Assembly (NCBI GenBank): GCA_044450345.1
Contig: JBIOIY010000002.1
Coordinates: forward strand, 32,001 to 96,000
Length of the DNA: 64,000 bases
Source: Thermodesulfovibrionales bacterium
GTDB lineage: Bacteria > Nitrospirota > Thermodesulfovibrionia > Thermodesulfovibrionales > UBA6898
Direction of reading: 5' to 3'
How positions within the stretch are numbered: position 1 is the stretch's first letter; the number at the start of each line of letters is the position of its first letter. Below, in pieces: positions 18,587-27,728 of this stretch. The position numbers were made by a program, and so were the translations under genes. Under the pieces are notes generated by a model. That model saw only the letters and a list, made by a program, of their open reading frames with translations, searched no databases and was not told the origin of the DNA.

Positions 18587-20449
18587 ATGCAGAAAAAAAT
18601 AATTGTCTCGACATTGCTGAGTGTGATCGTTATCCTTTTGAGTCTCGGGATTATGAGCAATCTCAGCATAAACGACAGCATAGGACACTCCCTTGCCGAA
18701 AGAACTGATCTGGCCGGCATCCTTGCAAGCTATACGGATTACCGCCTCCAGAACAATCTTACAAGGCTTTATGATATCTCCCTGTCCGGTACAATAGACC
18801 TGAACGACGACGATTGGGAGCCGGAAGACAATGCCTTGAAGACCGCATATCAGTATTCGATATTCACGGACGGGATATTCCTTCTCGACCTTAAAGGGAA
18901 CGTCGTACGGTCCTATCCTCCGGGGCTGCAAAAGAGGAACCTCATGGGCAATCCGTACGTGAAAAAGACGATAGAGGAGAACAGGGCGGTCATCTCGAAC
19001 ATCTATACGGAGGAGGGGACGAAAAAAAAGGTGGTTTACGTCCTCGTTCCCCTGAGGGATAAAAGCGGCCGGACTATAGGCGCAGTGGGTGGTGAGATCA
19101 ACCCCACAAACTATGTCCTGACGAACCTCATACGGTCGATACCTACCCGGGGGGACACGATCATCGAACTTGTCGACAGTTTCGGCGTGGTGATCGCCTC
19201 GAACAATCCTGTTAGGGTCTTTGCCTGCAGCGACCGCAACAAGATCCTGGGCAACCTTATTGCCGCCAAAAAAACCGCGGTAATGAAATGCCACAGATGT
19301 CACGAGGGAGAAAACGGGTCGGTCGGAGCGGACCGGGAGAGGACTATCGACATGCTTGCCTTCGCGCCCCTTTCCGAGGCGCCGTGGGGCATCTCGGTTA
19401 GGGAATCCGAAAAGAGGGTCTTTGCCCCGTCGTCACAGCTCAAAAAGAAATTCCTGATACTGGCCTTGATATCTATAGGAACCGGCCTGGTTCTTTCACT
19501 TGGGATAAGCAAGAGCATTGTAAAGCCGATCAGGTCCCTTACGATCGCTACCAAGAAAATAGCAGGCGGCAACCTTAAAGGCCCTGTTACAGTTGTTTCC
19601 AGGGACGAGATAGGAGCGCTCGGCATGAGTTTCGAGGCGATGAGACAGAGGCTGTCCGACTCTCTCGATAAAATCCAGAAATATAATACCGAGCTTGAGG
19701 AGAGGGTGGTAGAGAGGACTGAAGAGTTGCAACAAAGCCGCAAGAGGCTGTCCATATTGCTCCATGAGGTCATACGGGCGCAGGAAGAGGAGAGAAAGCG
19801 CATCGCTAGAGAACTCCATGACGAGACGAGCCAATCCATAGCGGCGCTCGGCATGTCGATCGAGATTGCGGCGATCGCGCTTAAGGAAAATGCGCTTACG
19901 CCAGAAAAAATATACGAACTCAGGGCGAAGGTGACCCAATTGCTCGAGGGCATCAGCCGTCTTATCCAGGACCTGAGGCCGCCGGTCCTCGATGACCTGG
20001 GCCTGGAATCGGGGGTGCGGTGGCTGCTTGAGAGACATCTCGCGGTAAAAGGGATAAAATATCAGCTGACCGCCTCTGAAGAATTCCAAAAACTCATTTC
20101 GAGCGAGGAAACCATACTGGATGACAAGACCGTCTTCAGGCTTTTCAGGATTATCCAGGAGGCGGTGATCAATGTCTCGAAACACGCCAAGGCGACCGAC
20201 GTAACGGTATCGCTCCTTTTTGATGGTCAGGCGGTCAAGGCATGTATCAAAGATGACGGTGTAGGCTTCGACGTGCAGACGGTGCTGCGAGAGGCCGATT
20301 CGGGGGCGCGGTCGGGATTCGGCCTGATCGGGCTCAAGGAGCGGGCCGCCCTTCTCGAAGGGACTGTGGACATCCGTTCCATTCCCGGCGAAGGGACTGA
20401 AATTACGATAATCATACCGTTAAGTTCCCTGGAGGTTCAGAATGTCTAA
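18587..20449 (+). CDS. HAMP-containing HisKA_3 sensor histidine kinase with periplasmic CxxCH motif
   Basis: Two TMs, Cache-like periplasmic domain with CHRCH, HAMP, EERKRIARELHDE, DDGVGF, GFGLIGLKER. Confidence 0.92.
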   Translation: MQKKIIVSTLLSVIVILLSLGIMSNLSINDSIGHSLAERTDLAGILASYTDYRLQNNLTRLYDISLSGTIDLNDDDWEPEDNALKTAYQYSIFTDGIFLLDLKGNVVRSYPPGLQKRNLMGNPYVKKTIEENRAVISNIYTEEGTKKKVVYVLVPLRDKSGRTIGAVGGEINPTNYVLTNLIRSIPTRGDTIIELVDSFGVVIASNNPVRVFACSDRNKILGNLIAAKKTAVMKCHRCHEGENGSVGADRERTIDMLAFAPLSEAPWGISVRESEKRVFAPSSQLKKKFLILALISIGTGLVLSLGISKSIVKPIRSLTIATKKIAGGNLKGPVTVVSRDEIGALGMSFEAMRQRLSDSLDKIQKYNTELEERVVERTEELQQSRKRLSILLHEVIRAQEEERKRIARELHDETSQSIAALGMSIEIAAIALKENALTPEKIYELRAKVTQLLEGISRLIQDLRPPVLDDLGLESGVRWLLERHLAVKGIKYQLTASEEFQKLISSEETILDDKTVFRLFRIIQEAVINVSKHAKATDVTVSLLFDGQAVKACIKDDGVGFDVQTVLREADSGARSGFGLIGLKERAALLEGTVDIRSIPGEGTEITIIIPLSSLEVQNV

Positions 20450-21095
20450 GATAAGAGTCATGATAGTTGACGACCATTCACTTGTGAGGGAAGGCATTAC
20501 CGCCCTCCTGAAGTTCCATGACGATGTTGAAGTCATTGGGGAGGCAGCTGACGGCAGAGAGGCGATCGAGGCCGCCTCAAGGCTAAAACCCGATGTCATA
20601 CTTATGGATATCGCTATGCCGGGACTCGGCGGGCTCGAGGCGACCCTGGAGATAAAGAAGCATCATCCCGAGATTAAAATACTTGTCCTTAGCCAGTACG
20701 ACGACAGGGAATACGTGAGCAGATTTCTTAAGGCCAATGTCTCGGGCTATATCCTTAAGAGGGCCGTCGGCGGCGAGCTCATTACCGCAATCCGGGCGGT
20801 TGCGAAAGGAGAATGTTACCTCCATCCATCGATCGCTGCTAAGGTTGTCGACGGCTACATAGGGAAGACAGTAGAAGTTTCCGACCCGTATGAGTCTCTG
20901 ACGGACAGGGAAAAACAGATTTTAAAGCTTATAGGCGAGGGTAATACCCATAAGGAAATGGCCACCATGCTCGGTATCAGTGTGAAGACAGCGATAGCCC
21001 ATCATACTAACATATGCGACAAATTGGGTCTTCGCTCGAAGGCTGAACTCATCAAGTTTGCGATACAGAAAGGCATAATCAGGCTCGAAACCTAG
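20442..21095 (+). CDS. NarL/LuxR-family response regulator
   Basis: VDDH, LMDIAMP, GYILK, LTDREKQILKLIGEG HTH. Confidence 0.95.
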   Translation: MSKIRVMIVDDHSLVREGITALLKFHDDVEVIGEAADGREAIEAASRLKPDVILMDIAMPGLGGLEATLEIKKHHPEIKILVLSQYDDREYVSRFLKANVSGYILKRAVGGELITAIRAVAKGECYLHPSIAAKVVDGYIGKTVEVSDPYESLTDREKQILKLIGEGNTHKEMATMLGISVKTAIAHHTNICDKLGLRSKAELIKFAIQKGIIRLET

Positions 21096-21173
21096 TGTAA
21101 TCCCTTTTCTTTGTCGGCACTCCTTGTTCCCTAAAGGCCTTGGAACTCAACGGAATTGTGATAGAATTTTTGT

Positions 21174-22907
21174 ATGAGATTTGAGCGATACCGCATCCCC
21201 CTGAAGATCAGCCTGATTTACTTGCTCGTGGGAGGGGTGTGGATCCTTTTTTCGGACCTGCTGATATCGGCGCTGTTTAAAGATCTTTCATTTCTTATGC
21301 GCCTTGAGATCTTTAAGGGATGGTTCTTCATCGCGGTTACCGCTGTCATACTTTATATCGTTATACTGCGCAACATCGATGCCATCCGCACTTCTGAAGA
21401 GGCGCTTCGTGGAAGCGAGGAACGTTTCCGTCAACTTGTCCAGAGAATTACTGATTATGAAATCTTTATGCTCGACCCGTCGGGACATATCGTAAGCTGG
21501 AATATCGGGGCGGAGAAGAGCAAGGGCTACAGACCCGATGAGGTGCTCGGAAAACACCATTCTCTTTTTTTTACAGCCGAAGATGTCAGGCGAGGCCTGC
21601 CGGAGATGGAGCTGAAGATCGCAGGCGACAAAGGGAGGTTCGAGGACGAGGGCTGGAGGGTCAGGAAGGACGGTTCCCTCTTTTGGGCCAGCGTGGTGAT
21701 AACGACGCTGAGGGACGAAGAGGGGTATCTCCGGGGATTCTCTAAGGTGATCAGGGATATTACCGAACGAAAGAGGGCGGAAGAGACGCTGAGGGACAGC
21801 GAAGAGAAGTATCGCATCATCGCGGAGACCGCATCCGATGCGATTATTACCATAGACGAAAGTGGTGTTGTCGTGTTTGCGAACTCCGCTATCGAAAAGA
21901 TTTTTGGCTATTCTCCTGAGGAGATCACGGGAAAGCCTTTGACCATTTTGATGCCTGAGCGTCTCCGGGAGGCCCATTTGGCCGGGATGAGACAGTTCCT
22001 GACGACCGGCAAAAGAGATGTAAAATGGGAGGCGATGGAACTGCCCGGCCTGCATAAGGACGGGCGCGAGATACCTCTGGAAATATCGTATGGCGTATTT
22101 ATCAGGGAAGGGAAGAGTTTCTTTACCGGGATAGTCCGCGACATTGCCGAAAGAAAGCTGGCCGAGAAAGAAAAGGAATATAAAGACATGCTTGAACGCT
22201 TTAACCAGGAGTTGGAGACGCTCGTGGCGGAAAGGACGATGAGCCTGATGGCCCTCAAACTGGCTGACAGGGTAAGGACGCCTGCATCCATAATAGGGCT
22301 TCTCGGGAAAAAAATGCTCGGGAGGGGTGATGCACCCGACAGGACGCGGGAAGCCGTCGAGACCGTTGTGGCGGAGGCGGAAAAGCTCGATGTCATTGTG
22401 AAGGAATTTCAGGCGCTGCTGACGAAACAGAAATCAGTTTTCGGTTATGAGGACATAAATGAAATCGTCAGGGACATGCTGGCGATCATAGAAAGGGAGG
22501 CCGTCTCGAAACATGTGGAATTCAGGGTAAGATTGGCGGCGGGACCATTGAAAATCAACGCTCAAAAAGACCTTTTGAAAATGGCTGTTTTCAATATACT
22601 GAGAAACGCCGTCGAGTCGTCGCGCGAGGGCTGCTGTATCACGGTAGAGACGGCGGGAGACGGTGACCACATATATCTCAGTGTTTCAGATACCGGACGC
22701 GGCATTCCCGGTGATCTGCTCGATAAGATATTCGATCCCGTTTACAGCGGGGATTTCTACAGGTTCGGCATTGGTCTGCCTCTCATCAAGCAGATAATAT
22801 CCGAACACCTCGGTGAGATACGGGTCGAGAGCGAAACAGACAAGGGCACAACGTTCAAGATCTCTTTTCCCGTAAGATGGAAGGAGGGGAGCGCTCGGCC
22901 CGCCTGA
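21174..22907 (+). CDS. Two-PAS sensor histidine-kinase-like protein with degenerate H-box
   Basis: Two TMs, two PAS/PAC domains, HATPase (NILRNAVES, SDTGRGIP); H-box reads LADRVRTP. Confidence 0.85.
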   Translation: MRFERYRIPLKISLIYLLVGGVWILFSDLLISALFKDLSFLMRLEIFKGWFFIAVTAVILYIVILRNIDAIRTSEEALRGSEERFRQLVQRITDYEIFMLDPSGHIVSWNIGAEKSKGYRPDEVLGKHHSLFFTAEDVRRGLPEMELKIAGDKGRFEDEGWRVRKDGSLFWASVVITTLRDEEGYLRGFSKVIRDITERKRAEETLRDSEEKYRIIAETASDAIITIDESGVVVFANSAIEKIFGYSPEEITGKPLTILMPERLREAHLAGMRQFLTTGKRDVKWEAMELPGLHKDGREIPLEISYGVFIREGKSFFTGIVRDIAERKLAEKEKEYKDMLERFNQELETLVAERTMSLMALKLADRVRTPASIIGLLGKKMLGRGDAPDRTREAVETVVAEAEKLDVIVKEFQALLTKQKSVFGYEDINEIVRDMLAIIEREAVSKHVEFRVRLAAGPLKINAQKDLLKMAVFNILRNAVESSREGCCITVETAGDGDHIYLSVSDTGRGIPGDLLDKIFDPVYSGDFYRFGIGLPLIKQIISEHLGEIRVESETDKGTTFKISFPVRWKEGSARPA

Positions 22908-23042
22908 ATGCGGGCCGGATATTTCTCATTTAGCCGCAGGTCCGATGGATTTGCATTAAGGCATCTAAATGCCTAAAATAGTTGTATTCTGTTGCGGATA
23001 TGATTTCATGTCCATAAAAATTATTTTCAGAAAGGAGTTCGC

Positions 23043-23747
23043 ATGAGACGTTTGTTGGCAGTTATTGCGGTAGGCACGCTTTTTTTGGCGGTGCAGGTGT
23101 ACGGGGAGGAGATTTCGTTGAAGGAGAAGAAAGACAAGGTGAGCTATGCCATCGGACTGGATGTAGGCAACGCAATGAAAAAGCAGTCTATCGATATCGA
23201 CACCGATATCTTTGTGAAGGGGTTAAAGGACGCGTTGTCTGGCGGTAAGAAGTTGATGACCGATGATGAAATACGCGAAACCATGACCGCTTTTTCACGC
23301 GAAATGGCAGACAAACAGAAGGAGACGATGAATAAACTTGCCGAAAAGAACAAGCAGGAAGGCGACGCGTTTCTGGCCGAAAACAAGAAAAAGGATGGTG
23401 TAAAGACCCTTCCGAGCGGCCTCCAGTACAAGGTGGTCACGGAGGGCACGGGCAAGACGCCGAAGGCTGGAGATACGGTGACGGTTAATTATCGTGGCAC
23501 CCTCAGCGACGGGACCGAGTTTGACAGTTCTTTCAAACGCGGCCAGCCGGCAACATTTCCCGTAAACGGTGTAATCAAGGGATGGACCGAGGCACTTCAG
23601 CTGATGAAGGAAGGGGCAAAGTGGCAGCTTTTTATCCCCTCGGATCTGGCGTATGGAGATAAAGGGGCGGGAGGTACGATAGGACCCAATGCCGTCCTCA
23701 TCTTTGACGTTGAGCTGATCTCGATCAAGGAAGCCGAGAAGAAATAG
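23043..23747 (+). CDS. FKBP-type peptidyl-prolyl isomerase (FkpA/Mip-like)
   Basis: Signal peptide, SYAIG, LPSGLQY, GTEFDSS, VIKGWTEAL, LAYG. Confidence 0.95.
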   Translation: MRRLLAVIAVGTLFLAVQVYGEEISLKEKKDKVSYAIGLDVGNAMKKQSIDIDTDIFVKGLKDALSGGKKLMTDDEIRETMTAFSREMADKQKETMNKLAEKNKQEGDAFLAENKKKDGVKTLPSGLQYKVVTEGTGKTPKAGDTVTVNYRGTLSDGTEFDSSFKRGQPATFPVNGVIKGWTEALQLMKEGAKWQLFIPSDLAYGDKGAGGTIGPNAVLIFDVELISIKEAEKK

Positions 23748-23751
23748 ATAT

Positions 23752-23790
23752 AAATAGAAAGGCCGATGATTGCATCGGCCTTTCTATTTT
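23752..23790. terminator. Bidirectional intrinsic terminator
   Basis: aaatagaaaggccgatg-attg-catcggcctttctattt between convergent genes. Confidence 0.85.
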
Positions 23791-23811
23791 ATTCGGCTGC
23801 TGCCTGCTCTT

Positions 23812-24510
23812 TTATTTTTTTATGCTTGCTTTTTCCATGATCACTTTGTATTTATAGTTACTGCCGAAGTCTTTGTCCTTCGCTATGGTGCCGGTGGCGG
23901 TAACGATGTCTCCCACCGCTGCGGATTCTTCGGTCGTGATGACCAGATCATGGCTCCCTTTCTTCGGGTCACCGGTACCGTCCTGCAGGTGTATCCAGGT
24001 CATATTCATGATCCCCGTCGAGACTTTTACTACCTTTCCCTTTAGAGAAACTTTTTTCTTGTCGAGACCTTCTATGTTCTTGTATATATCTTCAACCGTA
24101 TAGGCATCCGGCCCCGATGCCTTATCGACCTTGATCTTTTCGGCCGGGACAACGAGGGCGCCCTTGCTGGCGGCGGAGACTCCGGAATCACCCTGTGAAG
24201 ACGGGCCAGCTGCCACTCCGGCGGAAAAGACGATTGAGTTGAAAGTGCGGTTCAGTGTTTTGCTCTGAAAATTATCCATCTCAACTCCCGGCAGGAACGT
24301 TATCGTCTGCCCCTTCACGATCTTGGTCTGGGGTACGGCGATCCATGTCTTTTTATCGCCTTTTTCGACGAGCGCGTAGGTGTAACCACCGCTGCTCATT
24401 GTTTCCACGACCTTACCCGACAGCTCACCGTCGGCAAAAGCTCCCCCTGCAAACATTGTCAGAAGGGCTACTATTACCCCAAACCCTGCCGCTGCCAAAA
24501 ACTTTTTCAT
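23812..24510 (-). CDS. Exported OB-fold protein (possibly NrfJ-like)
   Basis: Signal peptide, GKVVETMSSGGYTY...WIAVP and GKVVKVSTGIMNMTWIHLQDG; family assignment recalled, not verified. Confidence 0.6.
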   Translation of the reverse strand: MKKFLAAAGFGVIVALLTMFAGGAFADGELSGKVVETMSSGGYTYALVEKGDKKTWIAVPQTKIVKGQTITFLPGVEMDNFQSKTLNRTFNSIVFSAGVAAGPSSQGDSGVSAASKGALVVPAEKIKVDKASGPDAYTVEDIYKNIEGLDKKKVSLKGKVVKVSTGIMNMTWIHLQDGTGDPKKGSHDLVITTEESAAVGDIVTATGTIAKDKDFGSNYKYKVIMEKASIKK

Positions 24511-24661
24511 GTGTGCTCCTTTCAGTAATCCTGATCTCATCCGGCATAATGTGCATCAATTCCGTATGTACTTATTATAAAGAAGTCATGTCTTTTTTTG
24601 GTAGTGGGTCACTACCCTTTTTTTCCTCAATCAGTGCCGGAAGGTTATAATAACCGGTAGA

Positions 24662-25846
24662 ATGATAGCGAGGAGCAAAATACTTGTCAGTTGTCCCAAG
24701 GGACTCTCGTCTTTTCTGTCAAGGGAGATCCTTTCACTGGGATTCCCTGTTACGTCTGAAACAGCTTCGGGAGTGATGACGGAAGGGACATTCGAAGACA
24801 CGCTGAGGCTTAACCTGTTCTTGAGGACCGGCCATCGGGTGCTTTACTACCTGGAGGGTTTTATGGCGCGAAACCCCGGGGACCTTTACCATGGGATGTC
24901 GAGGATACACTGGGAGGATTACATCCCTGCGGATGGATATCTGTGCGTATCGTCGAGCGTCTACCACGAGAGCATCAGGGATTCACGCTATGCCAATATG
25001 AAGTGTAAAGACGCTATAGTCGACCGGATCAGGGCAAAGTGCGGCCGTCGCCCTGACTCCGGGCCCTCAAGGGAGGGTGTGGTCATATTTTTTCACTGGA
25101 CGGAAGAATGGTGTTCGGTATATCTGGACACGTCGGGTGAGTCCCTGTCAAAAAGAGGATACAGAAAAACGCCGCTGAAGGCGCCGCTCCAGGAGACACT
25201 TGCGGCAGCGGTCGTTATGGCGACGGGATGGGACGGAGGCAGCAATTTCATAAACCCGATGTGCGGGAGTGGGACCCTGGCGATAGAGGCCGCCCTCATT
25301 GGACTCAATAAGGCGCCTGGCCTGATAAGGGACAATTACTCATTTATGCACATCAGCGGGTTTAATGCGTCCCTATGGGAGCGGCTTAAAGAGACTGCAC
25401 GGGCCGAAACGAAGAAGGACTTAAGCGCCAGAATTATAGCGACGGATGTAAATCCCGCAGCAGTTGAGGCCGCGAAGAGGAACGCGGGGAATGCGGGGGT
25501 CGAGGACCTCATCGGATTCAAGGTCTGCGACTTCGCCGAGACACCGGTCCCGGGCGGTGGCGGGGTGGTTGTTCTAAACCCGGAATACGGCCAGAGGATG
25601 GGTGAAGAAAAGGATCTGGAGGAGCTTTACAAGAGGATCGGAGATTTCTTCAAGCAGAGCTGCAGGGGATATGCGGGGTATGTATTTACAGGAAATCCTT
25701 CTCTGGCTAAAAAAGTGGGGTTACGGGCTAAACGCAGGGTCCAGTTTTTCAACAGCACTATAGAATGCAGATTGCTCGAATATGAACTGTATGAAGGCAG
25801 CAAAAAGAATAGAAGGAGTGATGAAGATAATGCCGGGAGTGAATAG
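24662..25846 (+). CDS. THUMP-domain class I SAM RNA methyltransferase (RlmL-like)
   Basis: LDTSGESLSKRGYR, APLQETLAAA, NPMCGSGT, LNPEYG. Confidence 0.9.
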   Translation: MIARSKILVSCPKGLSSFLSREILSLGFPVTSETASGVMTEGTFEDTLRLNLFLRTGHRVLYYLEGFMARNPGDLYHGMSRIHWEDYIPADGYLCVSSSVYHESIRDSRYANMKCKDAIVDRIRAKCGRRPDSGPSREGVVIFFHWTEEWCSVYLDTSGESLSKRGYRKTPLKAPLQETLAAAVVMATGWDGGSNFINPMCGSGTLAIEAALIGLNKAPGLIRDNYSFMHISGFNASLWERLKETARAETKKDLSARIIATDVNPAAVEAAKRNAGNAGVEDLIGFKVCDFAETPVPGGGGVVVLNPEYGQRMGEEKDLEELYKRIGDFFKQSCRGYAGYVFTGNPSLAKKVGLRAKRRVQFFNSTIECRLLEYELYEGSKKNRRSDEDNAGSE

Positions 25847-27644
25847 AACACACAAAGCAGCCTGGGACCTCACTAAGCTTTTCCGTGACGACAATGATCC
25901 CCGGATCGAAGAAGTAATCCGGGCGGTCGAGAGAGAAAGTTATCGTTTTATCCGCAAATGGAGGTCGCGCAGGGATTATCTTTCCGATCCGTCCGCGCTG
26001 CGCAATGCCCTGAACGAGTACGAAAAGTGGAAGAGGCGCTTTGGCTTCGATGGTGACGCGGGATACTACTTCTGGCTTAGAACGGAGCAGGACCAGAACA
26101 ACCCCGACCTCAAGGCAAGATTCAACAAGATCGAAGAGTTCGGCCGCAGGATAGAAAACGATATCCAGTTCTTCCATTTACGGCTGGCCAAGATCACTCC
26201 GGGCCGGCAGAAAGGATTTCTTGCATCTGAAGGGCTCAGGGATTACAGGCATTTTCTGGAGCGGATATGGGCAGAATCGAAGTATCTGCTTACCGAACGG
26301 GAAGAGAAGATACTGAACCTCAAGATGTCGACTTCTTATTCCAACTGGATAAGGATGACGTTCGGTCTCCTCGCTAAGGAGGAGCGGAAGGTCATTTTGG
26401 AAAAAAGGGGCGCAGGCATGAGGCCTTTTTCTGAAATAACCGGCCTGATGAACAGCAGGGACAGGAAGGTGAGAGATTCTGCAGCAAAGGCATTTAACGA
26501 CATACTGTCGCGAAACGTAGAGGTGGCCGAGGCTGAAATCAATTCGGTCCTCGCGCATAAGAAGACGGAGGATGAACTTCGGGCGTTTCCCAGGGCGGAC
26601 CTTTCAAGGCATCTTGCAGACGACATAGACAGCGGGGTTGTTGATTCTCTGCTGAAATCCGTCTCAAGAAGGTTCGATATCCCCTCCCGTTTTTACAAGC
26701 TTAAGGCCCGCTTGATGGGCGTTAAAAAACTTAAATATCATGAGCGAAATGTTACCTATGGAGACATCAGAACCAAATACTCGTTCGGGTCCTCGTGCAG
26801 GCTTTTACGCAAAACTCTCTCAGGGCTCGACGGTGAATTCTCACGGATCTTTGAAGGGTTCATTGAGAACCGTCAGATCGACGTCTACCCGAAAAAGGGA
26901 AAGGCCGGCGGCGCGTTCTGTGCGCACCACCTTATCTCCCAGCCTACCTATATCCTTCTTAACCACACGGGTGAGCTGAGTGATGTGCTCACGCTGGCCC
27001 ACGAAGTCGGACACGGCATCAATAATGAACTTATCAGGAGGAGTCAGAACGCCCTTAATTTCGGGACGCCGACTTCGACGGCCGAAGTGGCCAGCACGTT
27101 CATGGAAGACTTTGTGCTTCAGGAGATCCTTAGTAAGGCCGGCGGTGAACTGAAACTTGCGATCATGATGAAGAAACTTGATGACGACGTCTCAACTATT
27201 TTCAGACAGGTCGCATGTTATAGGTTTGAGGCCGCCCTCCATGAGTTGTTTAGAAGTAAGGGCTATCTCTCAAAGGAGGAGATAGGGAGGCTGTTCAGAC
27301 GCCACATGGCGGAATACATGGGTGATTGTGTCGAACAGACAAGAGGGTCTGAAAACTGGTGGGTCTACTGGAACCACATCCGCTACTTTTTTTACGTCTA
27401 CTCGTACGCAAGCGGTCTTCTCATCTCGAAGTCCCTACAGAACGCGGTAAAAAAAGAACCGGCCTTTATAGCCAAGGTCAAGGATTTCTTGTCTTCCGGT
27501 CTTTCGGACTCTCCGAAAGATATCTTTCTCAGGCTCGGGATAGACATAGAAGACGAAGGGTTTTGGGAGAGCGGGTTGGACGAAGTCGAGCACCTTCTCG
27601 ATGAGACGGTCAATCTGGCGAAGAGGCTGGGCAAATTGCAGTGA
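25830..27644 (+). CDS. pepF: M3B oligoendopeptidase F
   Basis: GKAGGAFC, TLAHEVGHG zinc motif, AEVASTFME, FYVYSYA; start uncertain (25821 or 25830). Confidence 0.88.
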   Translation: MPGVNRTHKAAWDLTKLFRDDNDPRIEEVIRAVERESYRFIRKWRSRRDYLSDPSALRNALNEYEKWKRRFGFDGDAGYYFWLRTEQDQNNPDLKARFNKIEEFGRRIENDIQFFHLRLAKITPGRQKGFLASEGLRDYRHFLERIWAESKYLLTEREEKILNLKMSTSYSNWIRMTFGLLAKEERKVILEKRGAGMRPFSEITGLMNSRDRKVRDSAAKAFNDILSRNVEVAEAEINSVLAHKKTEDELRAFPRADLSRHLADDIDSGVVDSLLKSVSRRFDIPSRFYKLKARLMGVKKLKYHERNVTYGDIRTKYSFGSSCRLLRKTLSGLDGEFSRIFEGFIENRQIDVYPKKGKAGGAFCAHHLISQPTYILLNHTGELSDVLTLAHEVGHGINNELIRRSQNALNFGTPTSTAEVASTFMEDFVLQEILSKAGGELKLAIMMKKLDDDVSTIFRQVACYRFEAALHELFRSKGYLSKEEIGRLFRRHMAEYMGDCVEQTRGSENWWVYWNHIRYFFYVYSYASGLLISKSLQNAVKKEPAFIAKVKDFLSSGLSDSPKDIFLRLGIDIEDEGFWESGLDEVEHLLDETVNLAKRLGKLQ

Positions 27645-27728
27645 CCTATCCCCCTGCAGGAGTTCGTTATATCTGATATACTTTTTCTATGAGCGGGTCG
27701 TTCTTCATAAGGGGGAAGAGGTATCAGG

